A stretch of 64,000 bases of DNA from Nitrosopumilales archaeon (GTDB taxonomy: Archaea > Thermoproteota > Nitrososphaeria > Nitrososphaerales > Nitrososphaeraceae): contig JBIQJB010000001.1 of NCBI GenBank assembly GCA_044507735.1, forward strand, positions 32,001-96,000, read 5' to 3'. The translations under genes were made by a program, and so were the position numbers. Below, in pieces: positions 20,425 through 29,939 of this stretch; position 1 is the stretch's first letter, and every line of letters begins with the position of its first letter. Below the pieces are notes generated by a model. It saw only the letters and a program-made list of their open reading frames with translations, was not told where the DNA came from and did no database searches.

Positions 20425-21210
20425 TCACAGCCTGCCCTGTTTCATCTCTTCCCAAAGAACTTCAGTTAGTCCCTGGATCCTTCTAAAGTCATTCGCAGTG
20501 GCGGGACCAAAACCGGCGTAGTGATTATTTGCAGCCACTATCCCAAACTTTACCTCATCATTGACACCCTTCAGTTTCTTCGACCACGTTTCCATCTCTG
20601 CTTTCCTATCCTTCTGTATTCTACCAAAGTCCTTCTCATCTATGCTTCTGTCGCCAATGAACCGCAGGTAAAAGAAATCCGTAGTAAGTTCAGCGGGAGT
20701 CTGGATCGTGTCAAGCTGGCTCCATGTCAGGCATATGTTGTTATCCGATAGCAGCTTGTAAACGTCCTCGGAGAACCATGACTTGTGCCGGACTTCAATC
20801 GCGTAGGAATATTTCTTCCAAAGGTGCGGGATGAGGCGCTCTAGTTTTGGCAGACCCTCATCCTTCTTCAATGAAGGGGGCAGCTGTATGAGCAGGCATA
20901 GCAGCTTGCGCTCCAAGGGCTTCATTGCTTCCATGAATTGCTCAAGCGCAGGCAGGCCGCCGCCAAGCCGCGTATCATGCGTCACTACCTGCGGGAACTT
21001 TGCGGTAAACCGGAAGTGCTCCGGAGTCATTGCGTCCCAGCGCTTGACCATCTTGAAGTTAGGTGTGCGATAAAATGTTGAATCTATCTCAACATAATCA
21101 AAGACTTGGCCGTAGTATTGTAGCCAGCGTGCAGATGGCAGCCTTGCTGGATAAAAGTGACCTAGCCATGCATCGTATGACCAACCTGAGCAGCCTATGT
21201 ATACTTGCAT
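20425..21210 (-). CDS. DUF72 domain protein (YecE-like TIM barrel)
   Basis: IGCSGWSY, VEIDSTFY, KFPQVVTH, QLPPS, IEVRHKSW, YLRFIG, NNHYAG. Confidence 0.93.
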   Translation of the reverse strand: MQVYIGCSGWSYDAWLGHFYPARLPSARWLQYYGQVFDYVEIDSTFYRTPNFKMVKRWDAMTPEHFRFTAKFPQVVTHDTRLGGGLPALEQFMEAMKPLERKLLCLLIQLPPSLKKDEGLPKLERLIPHLWKKYSYAIEVRHKSWFSEDVYKLLSDNNICLTWSQLDTIQTPAELTTDFFYLRFIGDRSIDEKDFGRIQKDRKAEMETWSKKLKGVNDEVKFGIVAANNHYAGFGPATANDFRRIQGLTEVLWEEMKQGRL

Positions 21211-21282
21211 AAGGACACCCGCTCATCCTTAGTGACCGCCTGTTATAATCATCTTGATTGGGGGTTAGCGTTCGGGTTGAAT

Positions 21283-22143
21283 TTACCAGCCAGGCGGCTG
21301 AACGGGACAGGAACCAATTTCCTCTCTGTCTATGTATGACCAAAGTATTTCTCCTGTCCTTGCATCCACCGCATAGATGAAGTGGTTGCGATTCCCGACT
21401 GAGGTATCTTGCCAACAACCATCCACGATGTAGGCTAGATGACCCTCTATAGCGTCAGCAAGTTCATTGCCCAACCCACATGAGATAATAGTATCACCAG
21501 GGGTACGTATGCAAGTCTTGCCTGTGTTGGGGAAATACTGGGTGCCATCCTCATGGATGAACGTAAGCGTCAATGGATGACCATAATATCTTGGATATAG
21601 CACAAACTTGTCAACATGCATGGGGGCAACTTTCTTTTCCATATCCTCCCTAGTGATGTCGGCAGCATCGTCTTCAGTTAGGCTAGGTCGGCTTTCTATC
21701 CCGGTTGGCAGCAATATCGGCTGCTGCGACCAGACAACTACGGTTCCATGCTTGTGAGGATGCGGCTCGCTATGGTAGCCGAATGCTCCCGGCTTGGTAA
21801 ATGTGAACTGAAAGGTATCACCAGGGGCAAGCAAAAGCCTATCGTCGCTACCTTCATCAAGATTAGTTGCTCTCCAAAACTCTGGATCAGACCTGTCATC
21901 AGCCCGTATTGAACTAAATGTTGTATCTTCATTAACCCACTTTACGGTGTTGTTTACCCCAAGGATCACATGAATGACTGCTGGTTCAAAGTTGTTATGC
22001 TCAGATATTGCTGAGGAGGAGCCCTCTGGAATTGTCACCGTGACCACTCTCGGTCGGTCTGGAACAGCACTTGCTGCGTATAAAAGTGAAAACAAGATGC
22101 CAAATACGACAATGACAATCAGAAGCGTCGAACGATAGCTCAC
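21283..22143 (-). CDS. membrane-anchored cupredoxin-fold protein with PepSY-like C-terminus
   Basis: N-terminal TM; NFEPAVIHVILGVNNTVKWVNED; FTFTKPG..GYHSEPHP; YAVDARTGEI. Confidence 0.75.
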   Translation of the reverse strand: MSYRSTLLIVIVVFGILFSLLYAASAVPDRPRVVTVTIPEGSSSAISEHNNFEPAVIHVILGVNNTVKWVNEDTTFSSIRADDRSDPEFWRATNLDEGSDDRLLLAPGDTFQFTFTKPGAFGYHSEPHPHKHGTVVVWSQQPILLPTGIESRPSLTEDDAADITREDMEKKVAPMHVDKFVLYPRYYGHPLTLTFIHEDGTQYFPNTGKTCIRTPGDTIISCGLGNELADAIEGHLAYIVDGCWQDTSVGNRNHFIYAVDARTGEILWSYIDREEIGSCPVQPPGW

Positions 22144-22170
22144 TACAACCTGTCTATATCAGCGGAAACA

Positions 22171-22226
22171 TTTGAGCATTTGTCCAAACGTCTTATCGTG
22201 CTCAATAGAACCTTTGGCTATAGTCT
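22171..22226. repeat. gene-junction motif, double copy (TTTGAGCATTTGTCC ... GAACCTTTGGCTATAGTCT)
   Basis: Similar to 32192-32240; internal inverted repeat TTGAGCA/TGCTCAA. Confidence 0.65.
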
Positions 22227-22820
22227 CTAATCTGTAACGGTTACTGTGATTAGTTGTCCAGAACCCATTCCAGTTCCTCCCGGTTCGCCGGCCCAGCTGG
22301 CTTCGACGGTGTATTCATAAGTGCCGTTAGTGGCTGTAGGTGATGCAGTTATGGTTAGAAAGCCGGCATCTGTTATAACCCATCCATATTCATTTAACCT
22401 GGCTTTCCCCTGTGCAATATTGTCCTCTGATAATACCACAGTTTCCCTATCAAGTGACAATACAAGCTCGCCAGCAATTTCGCTGCTATCAAATGTATAG
22501 GGCATTAGAGAGAGGCTCAAGACTTTCTCTACACTTCCTCTGGTCTCTATTGTAACAGGCACCCTGATTGTTTCTCCTTTCTTTACAACCATATCTCTTT
22601 CTGGCAGGGCAACACCAAAGTCTATCTCGATTGTCTGCCCTTCCTCTCCCAGCACGATGGTGCTGTGGACTATTATTTCAGATGTTTCCTGGCTTTCACC
22701 GTTGTTGGTAGTGGTAGCAGATGCATATGCAGAGGTTGATGGTAGGATAGTGACCTGTAAAAGCAGAAATGAAATTGACAGCAAAACGATAGATGTTGCC
22801 ATTCTGAAATCACTCGTCAT
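22227..22820 (-). CDS. secreted Ig-like beta-sandwich protein
   Basis: Signal peptide (AYA); VKKGETIRVPVTI...LTITASPTATNGTYEYTV. Confidence 0.65.
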   Translation of the reverse strand: MTSDFRMATSIVLLSISFLLLQVTILPSTSAYASATTTNNGESQETSEIIVHSTIVLGEEGQTIEIDFGVALPERDMVVKKGETIRVPVTIETRGSVEKVLSLSLMPYTFDSSEIAGELVLSLDRETVVLSEDNIAQGKARLNEYGWVITDAGFLTITASPTATNGTYEYTVEASWAGEPGGTGMGSGQLITVTVTD

Positions 22821-22850
22821 AATCTTATGTATATAATGTCTGCAAAGTTG

Positions 22851-22865
22851 CTTTTGAGCCTTTGG
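22851..22865. repeat. gene-junction motif CTTTTGAGCCTTTGG
   Basis: Directly abuts the stop codon at 22866; about 31 nt before the next start. Confidence 0.7.
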
Positions 22866-24392
22866 TCACTTCCGCTTCCGTAGTGTAAAGTAGGCAGCAA
22901 TTCCAGCCATCGCAGCTCCTATCCCAACTAGCGCGGGAAGAAAGTCAGTATTTTCATCTGTTGCAGCGCCATTATGTTCCTCGCTACTCGGAGGTGAGGG
23001 GTCGGGATACTGCACGTAAGTTATGGAAGCACTATCATCTATCCAAGCCAGATGAAGGCCAGAAAGAGATGCCGCTGCTTTGTAATTGCCTGAAGCGCCG
23101 AGGAGTTCAGTCAAATCATATGCCGCATCAAAATCCTCGCCGCCATTGCTGCTGACCAACAACGACATGTGATCACCTTCACCTTCGACTAGCTTAGGGA
23201 ACAGGATGAAAACATGATCACTTTCTGATAAAATCGAAGGTGTAAAGAACGAGTACGGACTTGCCCGGAGAGTGTTGTTTGTAAGGGTCATCGGTCCTGC
23301 AAATGATTTACCGGAGTCTGTGCTTCTTATTAACTGAACGTCCCATATCGGCCAATACATGTATGTTATGTAGACATTGTCAGTATTGCCAGCAGGCAGC
23401 GAGATTTCCGGATAACCGAAATCCTTCGTCAAGACTAATGTATCATCGAACGTCCTTCCTGAATCCTGACTTCTTTTGAATGAAATGCCACTATCATCAT
23501 ACCACGTAAGGCAAACCACATTTCCCCTTGAGACAACCTGCGGCTGTGGAGTAGTCCCCTTCTGGGAGAATATCCTACCGCTATCAAAACTTTTTCCGGC
23601 ATCGTTGCTCTTTGTGAAATGAACGCTTCCTTGTTCATTATTGCCAGTTTTGGATTCGTCGTACTGCTGCCATGCTACGTATACATTATCTCCGGATGCA
23701 GACATTTTTACATAGTTCGTATAGACCTGCGGATCGGTAGTAGGTATTTTTGACACATCTTGCGGAGTGCTGAATGTATTTCCACTGTTGGTTGAGCCAA
23801 CGTAGTAGATTTGACCCCAAGAATAGTCAGACATTATCCAAATGACATGAACCTTGTCACCTGTAGTAGCCGCCAGCCCGAGGTTTGAAAAGTAGACTGC
23901 CGGCGAGTCTATCCGGTTGGTGCTCAGATTAACTGGCTTTGAGAAGGAGGCTCCTGCATCCGTACTTTTAGCAAAGAAAACGCCCCGATTGGCAGGATTG
24001 TCGTATGCTCCATCAATCCAGGCGACATACACATTCTTTCCAGAAACAGCCATTTGGTATTCAAGAGGAATTTCGATGCCGCTTGCAACCTCTAGTTGCG
24101 GGTCAAATGTGCGTCCGTTATCCAAGCTCTTTCTGAGCAGTAATTTTCCTTCGTTTGGCCAAAGAACGTAGATATTATTATCTTCCGCTGCGATCTCTAT
24201 GTCGCCACCAGCTCGTTCTGCCAAGATAGTCTCGTTTACAAACTTCTGCGTTGAGGCATCATCATTTTCTTGTGCGCCTGCTGCGATGATTCGTAGACCG
24301 GTGGTTTGCGAGCCAAAAATGAGCATCGCTATGAGGGTAAAAGAAGCTGCCAGCATTACCGATCGTTGCTTCAATCTTGGTGTTTCTGTCAA
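22866..24392 (-). CDS. BNR/Asp-box repeat (sialidase-like) surface protein with C-terminal TM anchor
   Basis: Seven S-x-D/N-x-G-x-x-F repeats (SLDNGRTF, STDAGASF, STNSGNTF, SNDAGKSF, SQDSGRTF, STDSGKSF, SSNGGEDF); TM plus RKRK tail. Confidence 0.85.
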   Translation of the reverse strand: MTETPRLKQRSVMLAASFTLIAMLIFGSQTTGLRIIAAGAQENDDASTQKFVNETILAERAGGDIEIAAEDNNIYVLWPNEGKLLLRKSLDNGRTFDPQLEVASGIEIPLEYQMAVSGKNVYVAWIDGAYDNPANRGVFFAKSTDAGASFSKPVNLSTNRIDSPAVYFSNLGLAATTGDKVHVIWIMSDYSWGQIYYVGSTNSGNTFSTPQDVSKIPTTDPQVYTNYVKMSASGDNVYVAWQQYDESKTGNNEQGSVHFTKSNDAGKSFDSGRIFSQKGTTPQPQVVSRGNVVCLTWYDDSGISFKRSQDSGRTFDDTLVLTKDFGYPEISLPAGNTDNVYITYMYWPIWDVQLIRSTDSGKSFAGPMTLTNNTLRASPYSFFTPSILSESDHVFILFPKLVEGEGDHMSLLVSSNGGEDFDAAYDLTELLGASGNYKAAASLSGLHLAWIDDSASITYVQYPDPSPPSSEEHNGAATDENTDFLPALVGIGAAMAGIAAYFTLRKRK

Positions 24393-24479
24393 ATGGTCGA
24401 TAGATATACTCTTTCCTAGGTTACAGTATCATCTGCTGTTCAGATTAAATACCACGCCAAGGATCTCATTGCTCTCAGC

Positions 24480-24857
24480 ATGGCACAGGAACCTCAGCCG
24501 TTGCTTCCGATTATCCTTTCGTCCATCTCAAGATTCTTCAAGCCAAGGCTGCTTACGATCATGATCTTCAGCGCGCTCATCATTATTGCCGGAATCGGCT
24601 ATTATCAAAGTTCAATCCAGTATGAAATGGGTGATAACAACTATTATCCAACGTTTCTGTACCTGTGGTATGGGTTAGCATGGCCATTGATTATCTTACA
24701 ACTGGTTGTGTTTGGAGAACATGCTTCGATTCCCTATTGGGCTAGTTACTTGTACATGGGATTTACTACTGTAGCTTACTCGTATGTTGTATCTTGTGTC
24801 TTATCCTATGCCGCAAGAAGGGGAAGGGGCGGTTTGAAGACCTACTACAACATTTGA
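24480..24857 (+). CDS. hypothetical membrane protein
   Basis: Three hydrophobic segments; TTAAATA upstream. Confidence 0.55.
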   Translation: MAQEPQPLLPIILSSISRFFKPRLLTIMIFSALIIIAGIGYYQSSIQYEMGDNNYYPTFLYLWYGLAWPLIILQLVVFGEHASIPYWASYLYMGFTTVAYSYVVSCVLSYAARRGRGGLKTYYNI

Positions 24858-25040
24858 GATAGATAAAAGACTATCTTTTGGACAGGCAAGGACTATTTTC
24901 ACAAAACTGAAAAAGCCTCAAAAACATGGCTCCAAGAGTACTGTTCAAAATTCGGTTGAAGATCACAATATTTTTCTCCTGAATTTCTTCTTTGTTTCAA
25001 CCGAATTTGGCATAGTACTAATTGGTGGTAATTGTTGTGA

Positions 25041-25445
25041 TCATGCATCTATTACTTTGAGATCGTGCGAGCCTACTACGCTTAAGACTTCGGGCTGCGT
25101 AAGGTTCGAGAGAAGAAATGTCCTGACGTCGTAATCGCCTGCTTCCTCAGGCATCCACGACACACCTACTACGACATCGTCTTTTGGATATATTATGCCA
25201 GTTTGCCATGCTATGTAGACTGAAACGCCATCGCTATTCCTGATCTCAAATAGTGCCAGAAATTGCCTAGAACTCTCGATGTTGGCTGTAAAGGACCGCG
25301 AAATGGTCACCTGTTTGCCAACGGTTGGCACATCAAGCAAATTGCCCTCGCCGTCTGTGATTGTGGGTGGAGGTATGGTAATGATTGTACTGCTCACAAA
25401 TTGTGTAGAGTTCAACGAGAGAAGCAGTGTTATTATGATTGCCAC
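25041..25445 (-). CDS. secreted Ig-like domain protein
   Basis: VGKQVTI...QFLALFEIRNSDGV...SWMPEEAGDYDVRTFL; similar to the first domain of 29940..30707. Confidence 0.65.
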   Translation of the reverse strand: MAIIITLLLSLNSTQFVSSTIITIPPPTITDGEGNLLDVPTVGKQVTISRSFTANIESSRQFLALFEIRNSDGVSVYIAWQTGIIYPKDDVVVGVSWMPEEAGDYDVRTFLLSNLTQPEVLSVVGSHDLKVIDA

Positions 25446-25783
25446 GTTAATACAGACGGCATGACTTCTCTTTGACGTATCTGTTCAAGTGATATTGCGA
25501 ATGCTGGTTTTTCAACTTTGTCTTGGTAGCCAGCTCCAACAAGTCTTTCCATCCTTTAGCTTATGCGCTGCTCCAAGGTGCATGAGGTTTTGCCAGCTCC
25601 CTCATTCAAAGATATTTCTGTGACCGTTACTGCATATCCATTCTCCTTTCTTGCCATTAGACCAAAAGTCAAGCTTTACAGTATCTGGTTTTACGTCATG
25701 ACTACCGCATATCTTACATGGCGGCAAAGATCGGGCATGGTCGATAAAAGACACCATGAGTTTGAGTTACATAAAGTTCGATT

Positions 25784-26260
25784 TTAAGTATTTGCAAGCT
25801 CGCTCTCTGGATATTGGCTCAATATATCTCCAGTCTCTGCGTCTATCAAGCTAATCGTGTTTTTATTTCCATATATGTCCGGCCCAAAAATATCTATGTC
25901 CCACAGGTAGCGATTTTCATAGCCATCAAACCTGCCACCTGCAGCTGGAGTATCCTGCAGCGTCTTTTCATCAACCTTTAGGCCAAATCCATTTGGCTGG
26001 ACATGAACTAAATCAGCCCCTATCTGCATTTCTCCTGTTGACTTTTGTACATCCCATTTATCCCATTCTCCTGCATTGAGGGCTATCTGTACTGCCTCCT
26101 CCTTTGATATTAGATCCGGCACAGGTGGCTCTGTAGCTTGTTGATACGCATAGAGTGTCGCAGCTAATGCACCAAGTGAAAATAATGATATTGTGAGTAT
26201 TCTGACAATGTCTTTCCTTCCACTTCCAAAAAATCTCGAGCCATTGGCAGTTGAGGTCAA
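25784..26260 (-). CDS. membrane-anchored PepSY-like protein
   Basis: TM; ISKEEAVQIA ... YLWDI ... LIDAETGDIL. Confidence 0.65.
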   Translation of the reverse strand: MTSTANGSRFFGSGRKDIVRILTISLFSLGALAATLYAYQQATEPPVPDLISKEEAVQIALNAGEWDKWDVQKSTGEMQIGADLVHVQPNGFGLKVDEKTLQDTPAAGGRFDGYENRYLWDIDIFGPDIYGNKNTISLIDAETGDILSQYPESELANT

Positions 26261-26528
26261 CTAGTACCGATTACCAGTAAAGTTGCATTTATCGCTTTAT
26301 TTATCCAAACTAGCCCACACCAGCTCTTGCTACGTGAGTGGCTCTTTGGTCATAAAGAAGAAAAAGCCAGAATTTTAACCTGCCCTCCTACCAGTACAGT
26401 TCTAGGTCTTCTTTTGACCAATTTCCATTATCTCTTATGGGCCGAGTCGGGTCTAGACCCGAGCTTCAACTCTCCGTCAAACTAATTGCGATGCAGTCGC
26501 TTCAGTTGTAAAGCTACACAAAGAATTA

Positions 26529-27071
26529 ATGTCATGGTGGAAGAAAAATCGCAAAATGGGTCGTAAGCTGTCGGTTGTGGTTGCCGGTGCAGCGGCAGCA
26601 TTGATTATTGTCGTCGGACTGTTTTATTACCAGACAGGTTCTTTTGCGGTACAAAATCCTGCTCAAGAAACATTTAGAACGATGCAAAATGTCTATCTGG
26701 AGCCTAGACAGACTGAGGCTTCTAACCATCCAATAATGGAAGGTCAGGTAGTGGAGATAAGAATTGAGCCCAATTCAGATGAGGCAGCTAGTCCGGATTA
26801 TGAACTGCTTGTTACAATGGTTGACCCATCCGGCGAGACTATCATCAATAAATTCATCAAAGAACCGTTTTATGCCAAGCTAAGACCTGCTCATCCAGGC
26901 TGGCATGCGATAATTGTGACAAATGTCGGCGAGACTGGTATCGCACCTGGAACAAGCATTGTGAATCGTCCATACGATGAAGCCGCAGACAAGGATGTGA
27001 AGATGGCATTTTCATGCATCGTTCCGCCATCTATGAGAAATGAAAACAACACACCGTATCCTTGGTGCTGA
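26529..27071 (+). CDS. membrane-anchored hypothetical protein
   Basis: N-terminal TM, beta-rich body; start may be ATG 26556. Confidence 0.6.
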   Translation: MSWWKKNRKMGRKLSVVVAGAAAALIIVVGLFYYQTGSFAVQNPAQETFRTMQNVYLEPRQTEASNHPIMEGQVVEIRIEPNSDEAASPDYELLVTMVDPSGETIINKFIKEPFYAKLRPAHPGWHAIIVTNVGETGIAPGTSIVNRPYDEAADKDVKMAFSCIVPPSMRNENNTPYPWC

Positions 27072-27142
27072 TATGCGAGCCCTCTTGCATGATCAGCTGG
27101 TTTATCCTCCACAACAAGAAATCAGCCGGCTTGTAGAAGTAC

Positions 27143-27652
27143 CTAGTTTCTATATGTAGTGGTGGCTTTTGTAGTCAGCTCTGCATACTCTTCCGGCTCT
27201 ACAACAACTACAGTGCCGTGCATCCATGGATGAATACTGCAATGGTAGCCGTAGGTGCCTTTCTTTGTGAAAGTATATTCAAATACTTCGCCTTGATGCA
27301 GAGAGGCGCCGGCAGTCGGGCTGTATGTGCCGCCGTGAAGGTGGGTGGCGTTGAAGAACCCTGAGTCGCTGTTGTCGTCTGCTAAGACGGTGCTTTCTGA
27401 ATAATCGTCATTAATCCACATGACTTTATTGTTTGAACCGATAACGACAGTGATTTTTGAAGGTTCAAAGTTCTTGGGAGAGTCTGGCTGCGATGCGCCT
27501 TGTGAAAGTCTAACAACCGAATAAACATCTTCGACTTCACCTGTGGGTCCATGTGAGTTGCCACCTACCAGTTCTCTAGGAGCGATGTAAAACATGCCAA
27601 TTATGACACCTACAGCTACAGTTATTCCAACGACATAACCTGTGATGCCCAA
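27143..27652 (-). CDS. cupredoxin/plastocyanin-like protein
   Basis: NFEPSKITVVIGSNNKVMWIN; YTFTKKGTYGYHCSIHPWMHG (C-x2-H-x2-M). Confidence 0.85.
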   Translation of the reverse strand: MGITGYVVGITVAVGVIIGMFYIAPRELVGGNSHGPTGEVEDVYSVVRLSQGASQPDSPKNFEPSKITVVIGSNNKVMWINDDYSESTVLADDNSDSGFFNATHLHGGTYSPTAGASLHQGEVFEYTFTKKGTYGYHCSIHPWMHGTVVVVEPEEYAELTTKATTTYRN

Positions 27653-27679
27653 CGATTGGAAATGTAAGATGATAAGCTG

Positions 27680-27703
27680 CTTTTGAGCTTTTGGCTACAG
27701 TCT
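27680..27703. repeat. gene-junction motif CTTTTGAGCTTTTGGCTACAGTCT
   Basis: 28 nt upstream of the start at 27652; shares TGGCTAYAGT with 22208-22226 and 33446-33467. Confidence 0.7.
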
Positions 27704-27809
27704 CTCCGTAACTGTGGTACTGTTAACTAGCGTCAGTCGCATCATCATGATATTATCTGTGGAGCGAACGTGAGAGACTGGAAGAATATTCTGATAAAAC
27801 CATATATCT

Positions 27810-28595
27810 TTGGAAACCCATCTATTCAAGAGGGCATTGGGCAACCTTCGTGCTGTTACGGTATCTTTGATGGCGATGGGCATCGCCGCATCATTGGTTA
27901 CTGCATCCTCACTCCCATATTCAATGTTGAATAAGGCTGATGCTGATTTTAGTCCTACGATGATGATGGCAACAGAACCGGGGTTATCATCTGAGCATGA
28001 GGCAAAAGTGTCAAAAAGCGCCAATAATGAGTTTTACCCTGTAATTTCTGAAAGGTGGGGGCAAAATCCAACCGTAGATAGCGAAGAGGAAGCTTCCTAT
28101 GTGGCTGGTTTTGATGTCAAGTTCCCACGCATAGAGTCGTACTATGAATTGCAATTGGCTACCATTGATCAAGTACAGAATGATACTACTAGATACTATG
28201 TCTGGCTTTTCTATTCTCCAACTCCTATAACTGACAAGATGACTATCAACCAGTTCTGGGAACAGGGCGGAATCACCATCAACTACCACGAGAACCTGGT
28301 AAGTGTTCTCAACGATGAGGGCACCAGCGGCCTATCCTACACCGATATGGCGGCTATGGTTGAATCATCCATACAATCAGGGCTGGTCGCCTATGAAGGC
28401 GATATCAACGGTCACAGGATGGTCGCCATAGAAGACAAGCACAGGGAGTTTCAAGGATTTGCCATCCATGACCCTGCGCAGGTAGACTTTATCGCTGGAA
28501 ACACGTATGTGTCACTGCAAGGGTACAAGGCGCTTCCTGACCTAGTACAAATGGCAGAATCTATGCCATTTGATGCTGGACACGAACACCATTAA
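27810..28595 (+). CDS. secreted protein, DUF4367/anti-sigma-like extracellular fold
   Basis: Signal anchor; EEASYVAGFDVKFP...INGH...LPDLVQMAESM. Confidence 0.55.
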   Translation: METHLFKRALGNLRAVTVSLMAMGIAASLVTASSLPYSMLNKADADFSPTMMMATEPGLSSEHEAKVSKSANNEFYPVISERWGQNPTVDSEEEASYVAGFDVKFPRIESYYELQLATIDQVQNDTTRYYVWLFYSPTPITDKMTINQFWEQGGITINYHENLVSVLNDEGTSGLSYTDMAAMVESSIQSGLVAYEGDINGHRMVAIEDKHREFQGFAIHDPAQVDFIAGNTYVSLQGYKALPDLVQMAESMPFDAGHEHH

Positions 28596-28719
28596 TGCCA
28601 TCTATGCTTGGCTGCATTTTGGATCATTGTTATCCACTTGTTCTTTCCCTCTATCCTATGCCTGCAACCTTCACAAGTGGTTTTTCGCTGTCAACCATGG
28701 GGCGATGGGTAAGAAAATA

Positions 28720-29259
28720 TCATTTGGATTTTAGCTCTATCCTGCCAACAAAATAATCCATAAACGGCGGAAACTCTTCAAGGCTAACCCGCTCCGGTTC
28801 AGAAGAGGGATAAACACTTGCATTGCGGTAATAGTAACTTATTTCATACCCCTCAAGTTGGACAGCTTCCATCCGGGGAATGCCCGTAGAATTATCAACG
28901 ACGGTCATTACTGCATCGTCATCATCACTTCCAGTCGTGGACAGGTAGACTTTTATAAAATCCTCCATTGTGAGCCTTGTAGGCCGCTGATATTCAATAT
29001 GGATTTGGTTGCCAATATCATCTGTGTGAATCGTCTTTATGCAACCGTCACTCCTTCCAATATTGTCAGGCAAAAGCCTTGGTTTTCCATCAACAACAAT
29101 CTCTATACGTGGTTTTAGCTGGAAATCATGTTCGTTGTGAGCGGTCAGGCAGGCATCGCGGGTATGAGTATCCGGAAAGGCATTGGGGATGATAATGGCC
29201 CACGATGCAACTATGGCAAGGGTGACCCCGATTACGATTCCGACAGGAAATGTTTCTAT
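28720..29259 (-). CDS. membrane-anchored hypothetical protein
   Basis: Frame is open upstream of 29073 through a TM segment (ETFPVGIVIGVTLAIV); LPDNIG..GCIKTIHTDD..IHIE; no ATG/GTG/TTG before the TM, possible ATA start. Confidence 0.55.
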   Translation of the reverse strand: METFPVGIVIGVTLAIVASWAIIIPNAFPDTHTRDACLTAHNEHDFQLKPRIEIVVDGKPRLLPDNIGRSDGCIKTIHTDDIGNQIHIEYQRPTRLTMEDFIKVYLSTTGSDDDDAVMTVVDNSTGIPRMEAVQLEGYEISYYYRNASVYPSSEPERVSLEEFPPFMDYFVGRIELKSK

Positions 29260-29509
29260 TCGGATGCTCTTTTCTAATGTGAATTTGCTTATCTATTTTG
29301 TGCTTCCGGGTTCTGTCTAGTTATCAGGTGGTTCTCCACCTGTCAAGCGTCGGGTGATCGAAAAGATGCTCTCTTCACTACTTTGCTCTTGATAAGGATA
29401 TGAATGATATATCCATCAGTGCCAAAATCAAGACTATGATGCCAGTGGCTTCTACTATTGAGCCACCGAGAAAGAGAAAGCCCGAGATATTAGGTGTACA
29501 AATAGGTGT

Positions 29510-29692
29510 TCATGTTTCCATAGATTGCTGGTCGCCATAAAACTCGTCTAGAGAGCCCCTGCTTGCAGTCATGCAATTCTCGTGATCAATCTTGTTCAAA
29601 AAGCCAGACAGTAGCAGGATAGCTCCTATACCAATCATGCCCGCACCAATAGCTACTTTGACTTTCTTTTCTTGCATCGCTGTTTGTAGCAT
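29510..29692 (-). CDS. short membrane protein or truncated cassette gene
   Basis: 60 aa with one TM segment. Confidence 0.35.
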   Translation of the reverse strand: MLQTAMQEKKVKVAIGAGMIGIGAILLLSGFLNKIDHENCMTASRGSLDEFYGDQQSMET

Positions 29693-29820
29693 AGCAGTTA
29701 GTTATGACTTAAGAAATTTTTGGAAGCGTTCTGGATGACTGGCATCCCAACTTTAGATGCACCTGCAGAGCATTCTGCGAGCCTTTCAGGAACGTGCAGC
29801 CGCACCTGAGTGGGCAGCAG

Positions 29821-29890
29821 ACCTTGCTGAGTAAAAGTGACCTAGCCAAGCGTCATACGACCAACTAGAGCAGCCTATGTAAAATTGCAC
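29821..29890 (-). pseudogene. DUF72 5' fragment
   Basis: 58/70 nt identical to 21141-21210; translates VQFYIGCSSWSYDAWLGHFYSAR. Confidence 0.85.
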
Positions 29891-29939
29891 TATTGTTATA
29901 TAGCTCCCCGCACACATCTGCTTTTAGAAAGGAACTTAG

